DNA of 64,000 nucleotides from Rhynchobatus australiae (Eukaryota). The stretch's first letter is position 1, and each line of letters starts with the position of its first letter. The translations under genes and the position numbers were made by a program. The notes under the pieces are model-generated. The model was not told the origin of the DNA and searched no databases. It saw nothing but the letters and a program-made list of their open reading frames with translations. Below are positions 1-13,495 of the stretch, piece by piece. Location: assembly GCA_034780895.1 (NCBI GenBank), contig JAUZTB010000068.1, forward strand, positions 24,162,697 to 24,226,696, given 5' to 3'.

Positions 1-99
1 GGGTTTGTAGTAGATGTTGGTGGAATGTATTGCATGTCATGCTTTGTATAGTCTGTCCTAGTGAGTGGTTGTTGACCCTCCAGTTTAGTTTTAGCTAAC

Positions 100-790
100 A
101 ACCCCCAACACTTTCTTCCTGAACCATGGCTTCCCCTCTATCATCACGACCAGAGCCCTAGGCAGCATCTCATCTATTTCCGACACCACTGTTCTCACCA
201 GTCCTCATCCTGGACAGATAAAGTTGCCCAGTCTTCATGTCTCTCCCCCAACAGCCCATTCAACAATACATCTGTTGCAATTTTCACCAGCTCCAGCAAG
301 ATTCCCCCAGCAGGTATACCCTTTCAGCATTTCAAAACGATCACCTTCCTTCATGATTCCCTACTCCACATTTCCATTGCTGCCTACCATTCCACTTTCC
401 TGTGCAATTGCAGGTGAAACACCTTTTGTTTCAGCTCTTTCCTTCCCAGCAGCCAGGACACAGAGTCCTTCCAGGTGAAGCAGCAATTCACTTGCACTCC
501 TTCCAATCTAGTGCACTGCATTCAGTGTTCACGATGTAGCCTCCTGTACACTGGAGAAACCAAGTTTGAATGATCATTTTGCAGAGAACCTGTACTCAAT
601 CTGCAGGAGTGACCCTAAGCTTCTAATTGCCTGCCACTTTAATTCTTCATCCCACTCCTATTTTGACCAATCTGCCTATTGTCCAAGACCTCTAAGCCTG
701 TTACAATAAGACCCAATGCAAGCTTCCGAAAAAACAACTCATTTCTTCTGGACACATTGCTTTAGAACTGGCCATTTCGGATATTTTTCT
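100..790 (+). mobile_element. Decayed Penelope-like retroelement (GIY-YIG endonuclease region)
   Basis: Translates FQVKQQFTCTPSNLVHCIQCSRCSLLYTGETK at ~470-565, the Penelope GIY-YIG signature. Confidence 0.75.
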
Positions 791-1079
791 TCCTCTCTCT
801 ATACACACACACATATCCCAAAGGCTTCCCACTAGCAAAACATGCAAAGCAGCTGGATCTCACCTTAGCTGCCATGTATGGTCTCTATCAGAGATATTCC
901 ACTATTCCAGTCAATGAGATAGAATTAAATATCAGAAGTTGAATTTACTCATTGAACTCAAGATCTTGGTTAGATATTTCACGAGCCACTGGTACTGTGG
1001 TCAACTCCGGACTTATTTCAATGATGCTCAGCAGATTGGTAATAGATAATAGACCTGAAGCAAAATATCCCTTCCATAT

Positions 1080-1470
1080 TCTTCTTGGGCATTCCCACAA
1101 AATCGAGGATGTCTTGCTTCCATTCCAATTCTGTGGGTTCTAAAGTGACTAATGAGACAAATGTGAGACCCACAAACTCTTCCACATGTGGGGCAGATGG
1201 TGATTGATGGGGTGGGCAGCTTGTGTGATGATCTGGTCCTTCCACCGGGCTTAGGTGTGGACTCAGTGCATGGACCAGAGGTTCTGAATATCATTACAAA
1301 CATTCCACTTTAAGCACCACAGTCCAAGCCTTTGCAAGAGTCAGTAGGGATATTGTATTCTTTTCCTAATATGGCCTCAGGCATATCCTTGACTCTTTCC
1401 TGTTAACCTGGTAATCTCTTCCCATGAGATTTCAGGATGGAACGTCTGTTTCAGGAGTCAGGGGTCTACA
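1080..1470 (-). mobile_element. RTE-type LINE 3' end fragment
   Basis: C-terminal C2H2 motif CPTCGRVCGSHICLISHFRTH; a similar copy lies at 35.4-35.85 kb. Confidence 0.65.
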
Positions 1471-1599
1471 TAGATATTACCTGGCCTATTGTTTTCATTT
1501 TAAGTATCTGCAGTATTAATTGCTTGTATTAATTTCAGTTTCTTAGACCATGAATATCTACTCCACCATCATAGTACTCATTGCAGTAGTAAGATAGTT

Positions 1600-2410
1600 G
1601 GCTGAAAGGTTGATTGTTGACTTCAGGAAGGGGAAGGAGGGTGAACATGCACCAGTCTACATTGGTGGATCAGCTGTGGAGTGTCAGCAGTTTTAAATTC
1701 CTGGGTGTTAACATATCAGATGGCCTGTCCTGGGCCCACCAAATAGATACAATCACAAGGAAGGTGTGCCAGTATCTTTACTTTCATTGAAGGTTAAGGA
1801 GGTTCAGCACATCACCACACATTCTTACAAACTTCTACAGATGTACTATTGAAAGTATTCTGACTGGGTGCATCATGGTCTGGTACAGCAATTCAAATGT
1901 GCAGGAACACAAGCTGCCCACCATCAGTAGTATCTAAGAGGTGCTGCCTTAAGGCAGCAACATCTGTCAAAGATCCCTGCCATCCAGGCTATGCAATCTT
2001 CTCACAACCACCATTAGGCAGGAGGCACAGAAGCTTTAAGTACCAGACCACTACATTCAAGAACAGCTATTTCCCTTCAATCATTCAGTTCTTGAACCAA
2101 GCNNNNNNNNNNNNNNNNNNNNNNNNNNNNNNNNNNNNNNNNNNNNNNNNNNNNNNNNNNNNNNNNNNNNNNNNNNNNNNNNNNNNNNNNNNNNNNNNNN
2201 NNACCCTAATCTTTACCTCAGTATAGCAACATCATGCCCAGTTTGATCACTTTGCACTACAATGGACCTTTTTTTGTTCCAATTGTGTTCTTACTAGTAT
2301 AAATTTTGTACAAGTTGTGTTTTTCTTGTGAATGCTGCATGCATGCAAGTAAGTTTTGCATTGCACCGTGTATACAGTCATTTGAGTGACAAACTCAACT
2401 TTGACTTTAA
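1600..2410 (+). mobile_element. Rex1/Babar-type LINE 3' fragment
   Basis: LIVDFRKG, FKFLGVNIS, FYRCTIESILTGCI, DPCHPGYAIFS...FKNSYFPS motifs; short-repeat tail ctttgacttt. Confidence 0.75.
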
Positions 2411-3339
2411 TCAAATCAGGTTTTTAAGTTCAAGTTAAAATGTAGTTCCTCAATTACACCAATTCAACATACCAACAGCAGTGCCTTTTCTGAAATTACA
2501 AATGAAATTGTGCCAGTCCTTGCACACGTGAAGTCATGACATCCTTCAATTTCAGGGACCAGTCTTAAATCACTTCGCTCCCAAAGATCCATCATGGAGA
2601 AGTCAAACTCTGGGAGAAGGGTGATTAACACTGATTGATATTTTCTCCACAAACGTGGAGCATGTCAGCTACAATGTGTTAATTGCAAAGGTGAAGAATA
2701 ACTTCCTAGTCTTTGGCCTGCTGTAAATTGGCCCAGTGTTTGTATTACCACTGGGCATTATGGGTTAAGAAATTTATTTCCTCCACCTCCCAGAAATGAA
2801 GAGTCATGTTGCTCTATTGAAACCATGATAATGAGAAATAAGTGGATTTAAGGTTGTACCAGATTCCCAAACTTGATTCTTCATGTTCACAATAGAGTTA
2901 AGTGGTCCAGCTACAGAATCCTCACAAGAGGTTGGAGACTGGTATTTCAAGGCCTTTCCAACACTATTTGCAAGGCAAAGATGAGGGTAATGCAAGACTC
3001 ACTTGGCTGCTTGGAAGTGCAACTTCAATGCAAGCCCAGTACGATTCACAAGATCATGTAGTTGATTGGCATCCCATTCAGTAACCCACTTATTCCTTCC
3101 ACAATTTACTTATGACTACAATGTACACTGCACAGGATGCACAGCACTCAAATCAGAAGACTGTGCAGTGATCTCAGCTTTCTCAATTGCCCAGGAGAGT
3201 GTGGTCAAGGTTCTTTCAGCTGGTAGAAATGAACTACCTATTACTATGTTATACAGGAATAGAGAAAGTGCAAAGAATTTAGAAGTTACAGCAGTATAGA
3301 GGATTAACACTGCTCCATAGCAAAATCAAGTGTCCCTAA

Positions 3340-4730
3340 GGCTCTGTTGTCTGCCTGACACCAGGGTTCAATATACATCTGCACTGAGCTGGAGGACAAC
3401 TTGATGGGGGCAGGAGGTGGAGGAGAGAAGAAACTTAAGTTGTGGTGATACACAGGTGGCAATGTAGGCAGGACAAAAAGGGTTCTGCATAGTTTGAGCT
3501 GTACACTAAATTATGCAGAATTTCCAAATCATCTCTGGTCTACATCTGAATCATGCTCAGAATATGTACTACTGAATTGTACAAATTGGGAAAGATGATT
3601 TAAAACTAAATGGGGACAAGGGAAGATGTGTATCAAAGTGGAGAAAAGATATTAATATGCAAAATGTTATACGAAGAACAAGAGTACACAAATCAAGATT
3701 ACAAAAATCACGAGGCTGATACTAAAATATCTGTTTTTGAATGCATTCAGCCTTAGAACTTTGAATTAACATATGCCATGGATAGAGGCAAACTTGATGG
3801 TATACTATAATATCCAAAAAGGCATTTGAAAGGTTGTCTCAAAACCTGTTGTGGAAAATGAAAGCTGTTGTTGGGGACACAAGTTTAAGGAGTAGAAAGA
3901 CTAGATGGCTAAGAGAGGGCGTGGCTGATTATCAAAAGGGAATGTGCCATTGTGACCAGTCTGGGGCTTCAAATTTAACCAATTTGCACAAGTGAAGCCA
4001 TTAAAGGCAGAGTTGAAGTTTCCAATGACAGGTAGAAAAGCAAGTTGTGACCTTGTGCCCTCTTTACATATTATAGATGGGTTAAATGAATGAGCAAAAA
4101 TTTGGTAAAAGGACATGGGAAAATGTGGAACTCTTGGCACAACAGGGTGGCATAACTGCTACCTCAATGACAGCAACCAAGTTTAATGCAGACTTTAAAC
4201 TTCAAAGAGTTGGCACCTTTACATGACTAAAGGTTTCCTCTGGGTTCACACATGTACCAAAAAATGTGCAGAGAATAGGTTATGTAGGATTTGTGTAAAC
4301 AGTGCCTGATTGCCTGTGTGGAGTCAATGTGCTGAAGGGCTTTTTGTGTCCTTCATGGCATTACCCAAATAGTGAGAATACAAACTCAGATAGTGCGGGA
4401 TCTGAGCAAGATTATGCATGATATGCAAAAGGCAAGCATGCTAGTTAAGCTAGCAAGGTTTATTACAAGGGAAATGGATACAAAAATAAGGAAATTATGC
4501 TTCAGTTATCTAGAGAATTGATGAAACAACATCCAGCATACTCCATACACTTTGGCCTCCTTACAGATATTAATGTACTGGAAGCAATTCAAAGGTTACC
4601 AGACTGATAACCGGATTGACCCAGTTATCTTGCAAGGTTGGACACACTAAGATTGCATTTGGAGTGCACAAGTGACATGACTAAACATTAAAAACGGAAA
4701 AGATTTTGACATAGTAGATGTTACCTTGTG
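3340..4730 (+). mobile_element. Highly decayed CR1 LINE fragments with an embedded SINE remnant (~4140-4330)
   Basis: Degenerate CR1 ORF motifs (...QKAFERL, cttcagttatctagagaattgatgaaacaacatc). Confidence 0.5.
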
Positions 4731-5674
4731 CAAACTGAGGAGGAGCAAGTAGCCTTCTCCCAATTCATTTGATTGAAGTTAGCTGGACAAAAGGCCAGCA
4801 GGTACATGGATACAACCTGCAAGGACTACTCCAAAACTCATTTGATTGAACAAAGTGAGGCACGTGGATCAAAATCTTAACTCTTACTGTCAGAACAATA
4901 TCAACCACGTGCTTATAGTGAGTGATTCAAACCTGCAGCCCAACTCATAACCCACATCCTCACAAAGGAACAGACAACTTTGAAAGCTGATCTCAGAGTT
5001 ATCAATTTTATTTACATTGATAATACACTGGTGTCATGAATTGAGGCCGTGACATCCAGGTGAACCTCCATCCAAGATCCTGAAGGGAGTTAAAGAAAAG
5101 GAAAGTTATAGGCTTGCTTTCACAATCTGTCCATTTTGAACAGTCTAGTACATTCATTCTAACACAGACTTCCCAATGTAGTAAGTACATATGTTCTCAG
5201 TGCTGAGATGGTTATGGTATCTTTCAATCTTCTTCACAAAGATGAATCCCCAAGTTACATGAATAGAAATTTGCTCTACTGAAGGCTGTTAATTAACTGG
5301 CTCAGGTTCAACTAAATTAGTGTAAGAATTGCATCACAAAGCACTATGAATAATGTCGATACAGATAAAGAATTAATACAGAGTTAATTACANNNNNNNN
5401 NNNNNNAAATCTCAGCAACTAGCACTTGCTATATTGCAATGCCAGTACAATTTCCACATCAGGGACACATAACATCTTTTCCAGTAATACAAGACAAAAG
5501 TCTTGATTTTAGTGCTGATCTGAGAGATCTGCAAATAAACAACCTGCCTATATCCTTGGGCCCTTCCATCCTCTCAGCACACTAAAGACAAATCAACCAC
5601 CTTAAGGATATATCTGACTCCTCCCAATTTAGACAAGTCCAATCAATGACCTTCAGTTCAACCATCCACCCACC

Positions 5675-5937
5675 CAGCTCCACTGCAGTTCTTTATTTAT
5701 AACTGTCTCTGAAGATTCAGTTGGAGATCAAGCAGGATATTCAAGCTTAAAAGGGTAAATTACATAACCAGTTACAAAGGTTCTGGGTTCCGTGGCTCGT
5801 CAAGTCTGATACAATATGATGGGACAGCTTCAAAAACAGTCACTGTTCAATCTCCTCAGCACCAGCAAACCCATTTGGATGCACAGGGGATTTCTGGGCA
5901 CTTGTATCCAATTGTTTGCTGCCATAGCTATTGACTA
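5675..5937 (-). other. Candidate distal terminal exon E with AATAAA (5697-5692)
   Basis: NAGNAG acceptor ttaacttttcag|tag; AATAAA followed by G/T-rich gggtgggtggatggttg. Confidence 0.4.
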
Positions 5938-6192
5938 CTGAAAAGTTAATATACTGCCACTAAAGTTTATACAGTATTTCCAAGCCGATTTAGTAATAGT
6001 TATTTCCATACTGCAGCAGTAATTCCAATATTTTGCACTTAAGGTGCAACAGAGCAATTAACATGAGTAATCTTTAAAATGCAAACTGAGAATGCAATTA
6101 AGAGTAACAATTGAAAGGCTTCATGCAAACAGACCTACTTTTGACAAAAATAATTCATTGGCCTTTTTGATAGTTTTGTCATGTTCACTTAC

Positions 6193-6257
6193 CCCTCTTC
6201 ATGACTTATAGACTGACCAAATGTGAAACATTCTGGTTACGTGGCTTTACACAGAAG
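6193..6257 (-). other. Candidate downstream SFPQ exon D (65 nt)
   Basis: Acceptor ctgatttctgctttcatttccag|; donor GGG|GTAAGT. Confidence 0.5.
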
Positions 6258-6976
6258 CTGGAAATGAAAGCAGAAATCAGGCTATGTTTCATTCTTATCA
6301 CAAACTTGCTTCCCCATCTACGTAGACTACATTCACCAAAACATGCATCTTGTATTCCATCAATGGATAAATTAGTCAGTGCAAAGACAAGGACACACAC
6401 CAGTTACATTGTTCGTAAGATGCGAGACATCTGGATTTAGAGCAAAGAAATAGACTAATGCCCACCATTTGGGTTTACAGTGACATTCATTCTAATTCTT
6501 CAGGAACAATTCAGCAAGGCATTTCTGCCCCACAAGACACACCAATGAAAGGAAAATAAAAGTCCATGAGATCAGTTTAGTTCTGGTCACTGTTTAAGGA
6601 GATGTGCAAGAGACTATGATATAGCCAGGGTTGCAGAATTTTAGTTAAGAGTTTACCTACTGCAGTCAATTTCTTGGGAAACTAGTTAATTTTTCTTCAT
6701 CCATACAGTGGCAGAGACCAGAAACTAGTTTAAAATATACATGAATGGCTGCAAACTGCCATTAGCTACAGGGTCAATGACATGGTGAAAAGCAGATTCA
6801 GGTACAATAAATAGTATTCCAGGAGGGGCAGGCAAGGACACAAAGGGCCAAATGGCAGTCTCCTACCATTGTGCATATAAAAATACCTAGTCTTACAGCT
6901 CAATATTCGTCACAGCCCTCTTAGAAAGCATGATCAAATATCTATTTCAGAATTTTAGTATTTGGCAGTTACTTAC

Positions 6977-7027
6977 CAGCAATTTTAATGCACTAGCAGT
7001 TTGTCAACATGCAAGCTCTTTCCATGC
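6977..7027 (-). other. Candidate downstream SFPQ exon C (51 nt)
   Basis: Perfect TACTAAC branch point (7052-7046); acceptor tgtgttctctttag|; donor CTG|GTAAGT. Confidence 0.55.
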
Positions 7028-9479
7028 CTAAAGAGAACACATCAAGTTAGTAAGAATTCAACAGCAACTGATAACATTAATAAATTCTCAGATCACGTTA
7101 CATCAGAAAACTGCCATACAAATCCAGCCCAAATGTAGATCTGGAATAGAAAAAGTTGATTGAATTCCCCAGTAGCCTCAGTGCCACTGTTTCCACAATA
7201 GCACCCATAGACTAATAATTATGGGGAAGGAATAGGTGAACTGGAAGCAGGATACAAAGGAGATGTACCTTTCATACAACTGATGTGTATCAGTGGATTA
7301 CACCAGAAAAGCACCTGTGTACTTTGTACTGACTTGCCTGCATAGCCCGACAGAAAGGTGCAAAGCAAGAAGTTGTGCTTTAAGCCAAGCTTCACTTTGG
7401 CAAGTAAGACATTATGAAAACAAGGTTAAAACAATTCAAAATTAATAATTCTAAAGCTTTGAAGAGGCCAATTAAAATTGACCAAGTTGGCACAGAAAGA
7501 TGATGCCTAATCAGGCAAATGTGCATTTAAGGGAAGTTACACTCATCTTAGAAGTGATTCTAACCTCTTTTACAACACTAATAGACACAAGTATCCCTCT
7601 TATGTTCTGGCATCACTCTCCTGCACAGATGCTCAAAATATTGTAGCCAAATTGAACTGAGAAAACTCAGTCATGTGGAGGATAATTGAGATGGAATACA
7701 GTGCAGACACTTAGCTATCTATTTTCAGATCCCACTCGCAAGTCCAGTGTAATAAATTGAAACATGATTTCAGCTCTAGGGACAAGCCAGAGATAGCCTT
7801 TTACACAGGAAGCACATTTCATTGCTCAGTCCAAACAGGCAGTAATTTTTGACTTAGCAAGTATGTCTCCCAAAAATGGAATACAAATGTGATCAACACT
7901 TCAGCTCTAAGATTGCATTAAGTGTTAATCTTGCTGTTAGCTTTGTGATCCAAATTAAGTTTGCACCAGAGAATACTGCAATTTACACAGATGACCTCTG
8001 TGTCAAAATCCCAGCATTGCAACAGGATAAACCCTAAAATGGTCAAAGACTTGATGAATCAGGTCGAGGACCATGACAACGTTTACAACCTCTTGCACCC
8101 TAAACTTAAAACATTCTTTACAGCAATTTACTTAATCCAAATAATCCAAACAACTCAGTCAAGACCAACATTCCACTATGTTCACCAAGTGTTTCCCCAC
8201 TACATGTTTTTAAGAATATGGAATTATATTACCAGAGACAAGCTTTTCATCAGAAAGCTACCCACTATGTTGAACTCAGTACTGATTGTGTGATCCATTT
8301 GATTATTGAAGCATGTCATCTTATCTCTTACTGGATTGACTAGCAAGCTATTTGCTGATTAACAGCTTCAAAAAGGAAAACCAAAGCAATGTGATTTGGC
8401 TAAGGCCCATTCCAGTTGTTGAAGAATTTTGATGACGTCAGAAGCCTGAACAGCCAAACAAATAGCTATATCCAGTCAAAGCATGGTCCAAGGATTGATT
8501 TCCTACCAAAATACTAAACGAGTAGTAAATTATCCTTATTTTCAGTATACATTGCCAGATGCAGTTGAACTCGGTTGAGTAGTGAATATGACATTTACAG
8601 AAATGATACTTGCTATATGCAACAGATAAGTATTAAAAATCTGAACCTTAGACACATCTTTCTATATTCAGGTACATTGCACAGGGTCTGGTCTTAGGAT
8701 CTCTGGCCAGATAACCAGTGGTTCAAGGTAGATAGTAGTTAGTCATTACAAAGCTGGCTTGGCAAAAGCTAAAAACATATGTATCCAGGCTATACTAAAA
8801 ATTACAGGAGATAAACCAAGTACAATGAATAAGTGTACACATTTCAGAGTAGGGGGGGTCTGACAAAGGCTCATCAAGAGCAAGCAAATTGAAAGTTTTG
8901 TTTTTTTAATTTCCACAATTCCAAAACTCACAATTGCAGATCAAGCTGCCATTTCCTCCGTCGTTGCAGGCAATTGCACACCCACCCCTCCCCTTCTCCA
9001 AACCCCAAAAATTACAAGTGACATTCCAGTTATTGCACTAAGTGGTCTTCTGCAAATTTGTCTATGACGATCATATCGCTTTATTGATGGCCTTGGCAAA
9101 GCTTAAAGTGCAAGTGCAGTGTTTAAAGAAAGGCAAGTTGAATAGACAAGCTACAACCTTCCTATTTGATGCCCACGTCACACAACAGCTTTATGAAGCC
9201 AAAAGTACAATTGAAGACAGAAGGCACATCTACCCATTCGTTGACGATCCACAGGTGCATTCAAAACTTAATGCTGTGGTACAGTATTTGAAAGCTGCAC
9301 TAGTAGCTGTACATCACTTGGGCTGTAATGCATCATTGATACCCGTCAGCATTGAATGCCAACAGTCCAACCGCTAAAAGTGCTGCACTGTAATCACACT
9401 GACAGAAGGGTGATGCCCGAACCATTACACTTGATTTAAGAAATTACGAAAGACATTTTAACAAGTTATTTGTACATAC

Positions 9480-9804
9480 CTGTATGCAGTCTGTACTGTG
9501 TACCGCAGAACAAGCAGGAATACTATTCTCCAGGTCTTACTGCCCAATCCCATTTGCAGTACTACAGATCCTCAATGTAATGTATTGCAGACAAGCTGAC
9601 TGTATTTATTCGCTGTAGAGTGGCATTACTTGCAAGGGTGCAGCACAATGGCTGCCAGCAGCCACTTGCTGGCTTGTAACTCTCAGATGCGTTGCCATGT
9701 GACCTGAGAATCTGAAACTGTTATAACTTCCACTGAAGAATACTGGGGAAGACAAGTTATTCAATTTGTTCCCAGACTTAATGGGCATTGCAAAATTCAA
9801 GCAC
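9480..9804 (-). other. Candidate downstream SFPQ exon B (325 nt, or a terminal exon using AATAAA at 9610-9605)
   Basis: Acceptor ccattttggtattcag|GTG; donor CAG|GTATGT; internal AATAAA. Confidence 0.4.
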
Positions 9805-10676
9805 CTGAATACCAAAATGGCAACAACTAAACTTTCCTTTACACGTATTCAAATTAACTGATACCATAAACCAAGTTCAGATATCTATAAGTACGTAAGT
9901 CAGCCTTTCAGGCCAGAGACTTTGTTTCAATTTCAAAAAAAAATGAAAGGATTCACTAAAAACATACCCATTGCAACCAAATGCAAGAGCTGTGGCATCA
10001 AAAGAATTAGAAAAGGGGCATTTCAAAAATTGTTCCAGGCTCTGCTTGCGCCACCTAAAGAACTGAAAATTGCCCTAAAGAGGTGAACTCAAAGGGGTCA
10101 CAAAAGCCCCTAGTTACAAGTAATATCACCAAACCAAATCTATAGTTACCTTGACAGATTTGAAAAGATAGAACCCTGGGTTATCAACCCCATCTAAATA
10201 TACCAAACCTACTTAAATTATGAAACCCATGTTCAAATGCAGCAATTTTAAGGGAATAGAAATCAAGTTATTGCAAGCCTGTAATAGGTACCAAACAGCA
10301 AGCCAGAGCAATTGATCATTTAAATCCATGAGCTGATTATGATCAATTAAGGGGGCAAATCACCCACATTTGCAATCAACTGCATTGCATACCCTGGGAT
10401 ATTTTTATCTCCAACTGATCATGTCAAAGGAACTTTAACCCTAGTTGCGACTAAGCAGCCCTTAGATAGGCAACATTAAATCCCATAATTTTAGTTAAAA
10501 AATCCAATCTTTGATTTCAGGAATATCAACTCAACAATTGATTAAAATTAGTTGCCCCTCACTCGAAAACTGCATCTATGACCTAGCAGGGCCATGTAAA
10601 AGTTGTACAAGTGGATTTGATTATATATTCAAACATGCCCCACCACCCATCCCCACAAATAAGTTTTAACACTTAC

Positions 10677-10762
10677 CATTATCACAATGCTAAACAGCAA
10701 TTATTTGTTGGCACAGCATGTTACTGCTTGGTTTCCAGTTACCCATTGAAGCTCTTCAGCTT
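10677..10762 (-). other. Candidate alternative downstream SFPQ exon A (86 nt; KLKSFNG* if joined to exon 8)
   Basis: Acceptor gtgacttctatatcttctgcctgtag|; donor ATG|GTAAGT. Confidence 0.5.
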
Positions 10763-13244
10763 CTACAGGCAGAAGATATAGAAGTCACGTTCTGGTAGTC
10801 CAGGTATCCTGTTGCAAATTCATTCTTATGAGCAGATCTGCACCTCCCAGATCGTGCTACTGGATTCCAATTAGCATTTTCCAATTAGTCATTCACGATG
10901 CAAGAGGACCAACTTCTCAAATCAATTTTTAGGTGAAACCATCACAAGTTAACAGTTGAACCCATATTAGGTCAGTAGATTAAAAAGGCTTTCTGGATCA
11001 TTAATTGCAGATCTTTCAGAACATCTTTCACCAGGTATAAAGTTCAATAGAAACTAAAATCAGTTGAGTCTTCAGAACTCCACTTTTAAGATCCTGTCCC
11101 AGATTCACAGCAAACCTGTCTGGNNNNNNNNNNNNNNNNNNNNNNNNNNNNNNNNNNNNNNNNNNNNNNNNNNNNNNNNNNNNTCCCACAAAATGGTCTT
11201 GCGTTGTTGATGCAATGGTCCAAAGATGAAAGAATGTGCATCAATACCAGTAACTCTTGGGTGTGTTAACAAAATATTGTGCACATGATTTTTGCACTGC
11301 ATTGACTACTCCAATACACATTTCTATCATTGCACAAGTTCCAAAATACCAAACTTTGGGATACCAATGGCCTAAATTTCTATTTCCTACAAGACCTAAT
11401 AAATTGGTTTACAGGCCTAACACTGAAAAATATCCACTACCTAGGCAGGACACAGTAATCTGGTGTCACTATAGTTATGGGAATTATAGTAACATCTTAG
11501 TGGCATCACAACCAATGCCATTTGGCAACAAGCCATACAGGGTCTTTACCTGCAAAAGGAGTTTGTGCTAATGAACTGATTGTCATTTCTAATCTATTAA
11601 TGAACTTAGGACAGGGTAGACAGTATTAGACTGCCTCTATCAACCAAATAGGAAGAGAAGCAAACAGTTCAAACGCAAGCTGGGAAATGCTATGGCTATT
11701 CAAAATAGTATCGACCTAGCTGGAAAAAATACAGTAGCAATAAATTTTAGATTGTGAACAAATTAGAAATTTTGCTCAAAACACCAACAAGCCCAATAGT
11801 TCTACCATAACTAGACAGGTGACCTTTGGGATGCCGAAGTCAGATGCCAAATTGCAGGAAAGCAGTTTGTTAAACTGACCACATTGAAATCCTTAAGGAA
11901 AACAACCTCCCTACCCCAAATACTCCCTACTTCCTTACCTAAATATAGTGGAAAGACAAAGAAAAAAATCAAATTTGCTAAACCATGGATCAAACCCAGC
12001 ACCAAAAGATTCAATGCACTAAAAAGTGCTTGAGCCCAGAATTAGGAACCNNNNNNNNNNNNNNNNNNNNNNNNNNNNNNNNNNNNNNNNNNNNNNNNNN
12101 NNNNNNNNNNNNNNNNNNNNNNNNNNNNNNNNNNNNNNNNNNNNNNNNNNAGAATTAGGAACCTCAACATTTAGCAGTGCCAACAAATCTAGTTGATTTT
12201 AGCCAACAGTAGGACACTACAATGAGATTGAGTTTCCATAGGGCAAGGAAAATTGTTAGCTAGGGTGCCCAATCGCTGTATCAAACCACCTTTAATGAAA
12301 AGCACTGTACGGGCAGAAACAGACTTGCATCCAAGGTTTATAGCTTCACAATCTAGGTTTCCATGGAAAAGATCACTCGGAATGATGCAAAGCTGGCAAC
12401 CACAGATCCTCAGCTTTAATTTTCATGGTTAGATCAAGTTAAAACAGAAGGAAAATTGAAAGTTGTGCTTGGCATCGGTCTAAACATTTAACATCTTAAG
12501 TTCTAGCTGCAGCATAATCTTCCTTCCCTCCCAATATCTGAGAACATGCCAATCTCTGAAATGTAGTTGCAAAATCAGAAACTTGAATTTGTCAGTGACT
12601 TCACTGCCACACCTGACTGGGTGTGCTTGCAGGTTTCTGGGAAGAGAAACTCATTTAAACCAAATGTTATCAGTCCAACTTTACCCAAAACTAGAACCAC
12701 AAAAGAGAATAATTTTTGAAAGTTTCAATAAAATCTAATTAGAAAGGTTCTATTAGTAAAATCTACTTGGCCAACAATTTGAGTTAATGATACCAGCAAA
12801 AAAAATCCAAATCCTGTCTGTCCATTGTGCATGGAAGCAAAACACCACTGGGTTCTTTGGTGTACTGAAATTTAAATCAAAACAATGGACAGATCTCAGC
12901 CCAAAATTACTATTGAAAACCAGAGACAACTGCTAATTTGTTTTCAGTGCACTTGATTCCCAAATCTTTACCTTATTGCAATTAACTTTGATAAGTGACA
13001 CAGAGTTTGCAATAGTCAGCAATACTTTGTTCCACTTATGGAAGTAGACAATTTGCCTCAACCCAACCGAGGCTTTACTTTTGGTTAAAAACAACTCATT
13101 TCAAATTAGCACTATGAATGAGTTTTAATTTAAAAAGACGACCAAAATACAGAATTCCACCATTTCAAAACAAGCATTTAGCCTACACAATTTAACATGC
13201 TTCTACAATGACTCAAAAAATACATGGAGCATACTTTCTAGAGG

Positions 13245-13250
13245 TTTAAT
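13245..13250 (-). terminator. Candidate proximal poly(A) signal ATTAAA of the SFPQ 3' UTR
   Basis: ATTAAA on the minus strand ~250 nt after the stop, with TGTA upstream and a T-rich tract (gtattttttgag) downstream. Confidence 0.45.
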
Positions 13251-13495
13251 GGCACTTCAGTGTACAGTTGAAGTACTGGGAAAAGATGCCTATTTGCACT
13301 ATCACTTGCTTGACATAATTCAACATTCACAATGTGCCAGCGTGAATTGTTACAGTTTACAAAGTTTAGTCAATACACAAATCTGAATAGGCATAAAATG
13401 CAACTTTGCCACCAACTAAAAAAAAAACGCAATTATGAAGAGTTCTCGTCTAAATGAGACTATCTGGAATGCACACTAAAGTAGAGCTATAAATT

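Noticed and set aside
12038-12163. Identical agaattaggaacc on both sides of a gap (similar cases at 45269-45418 and 55107-55252)
   Set aside because: Contig-overlap artefacts flanking N gaps, not biological repeats or target-site duplications.
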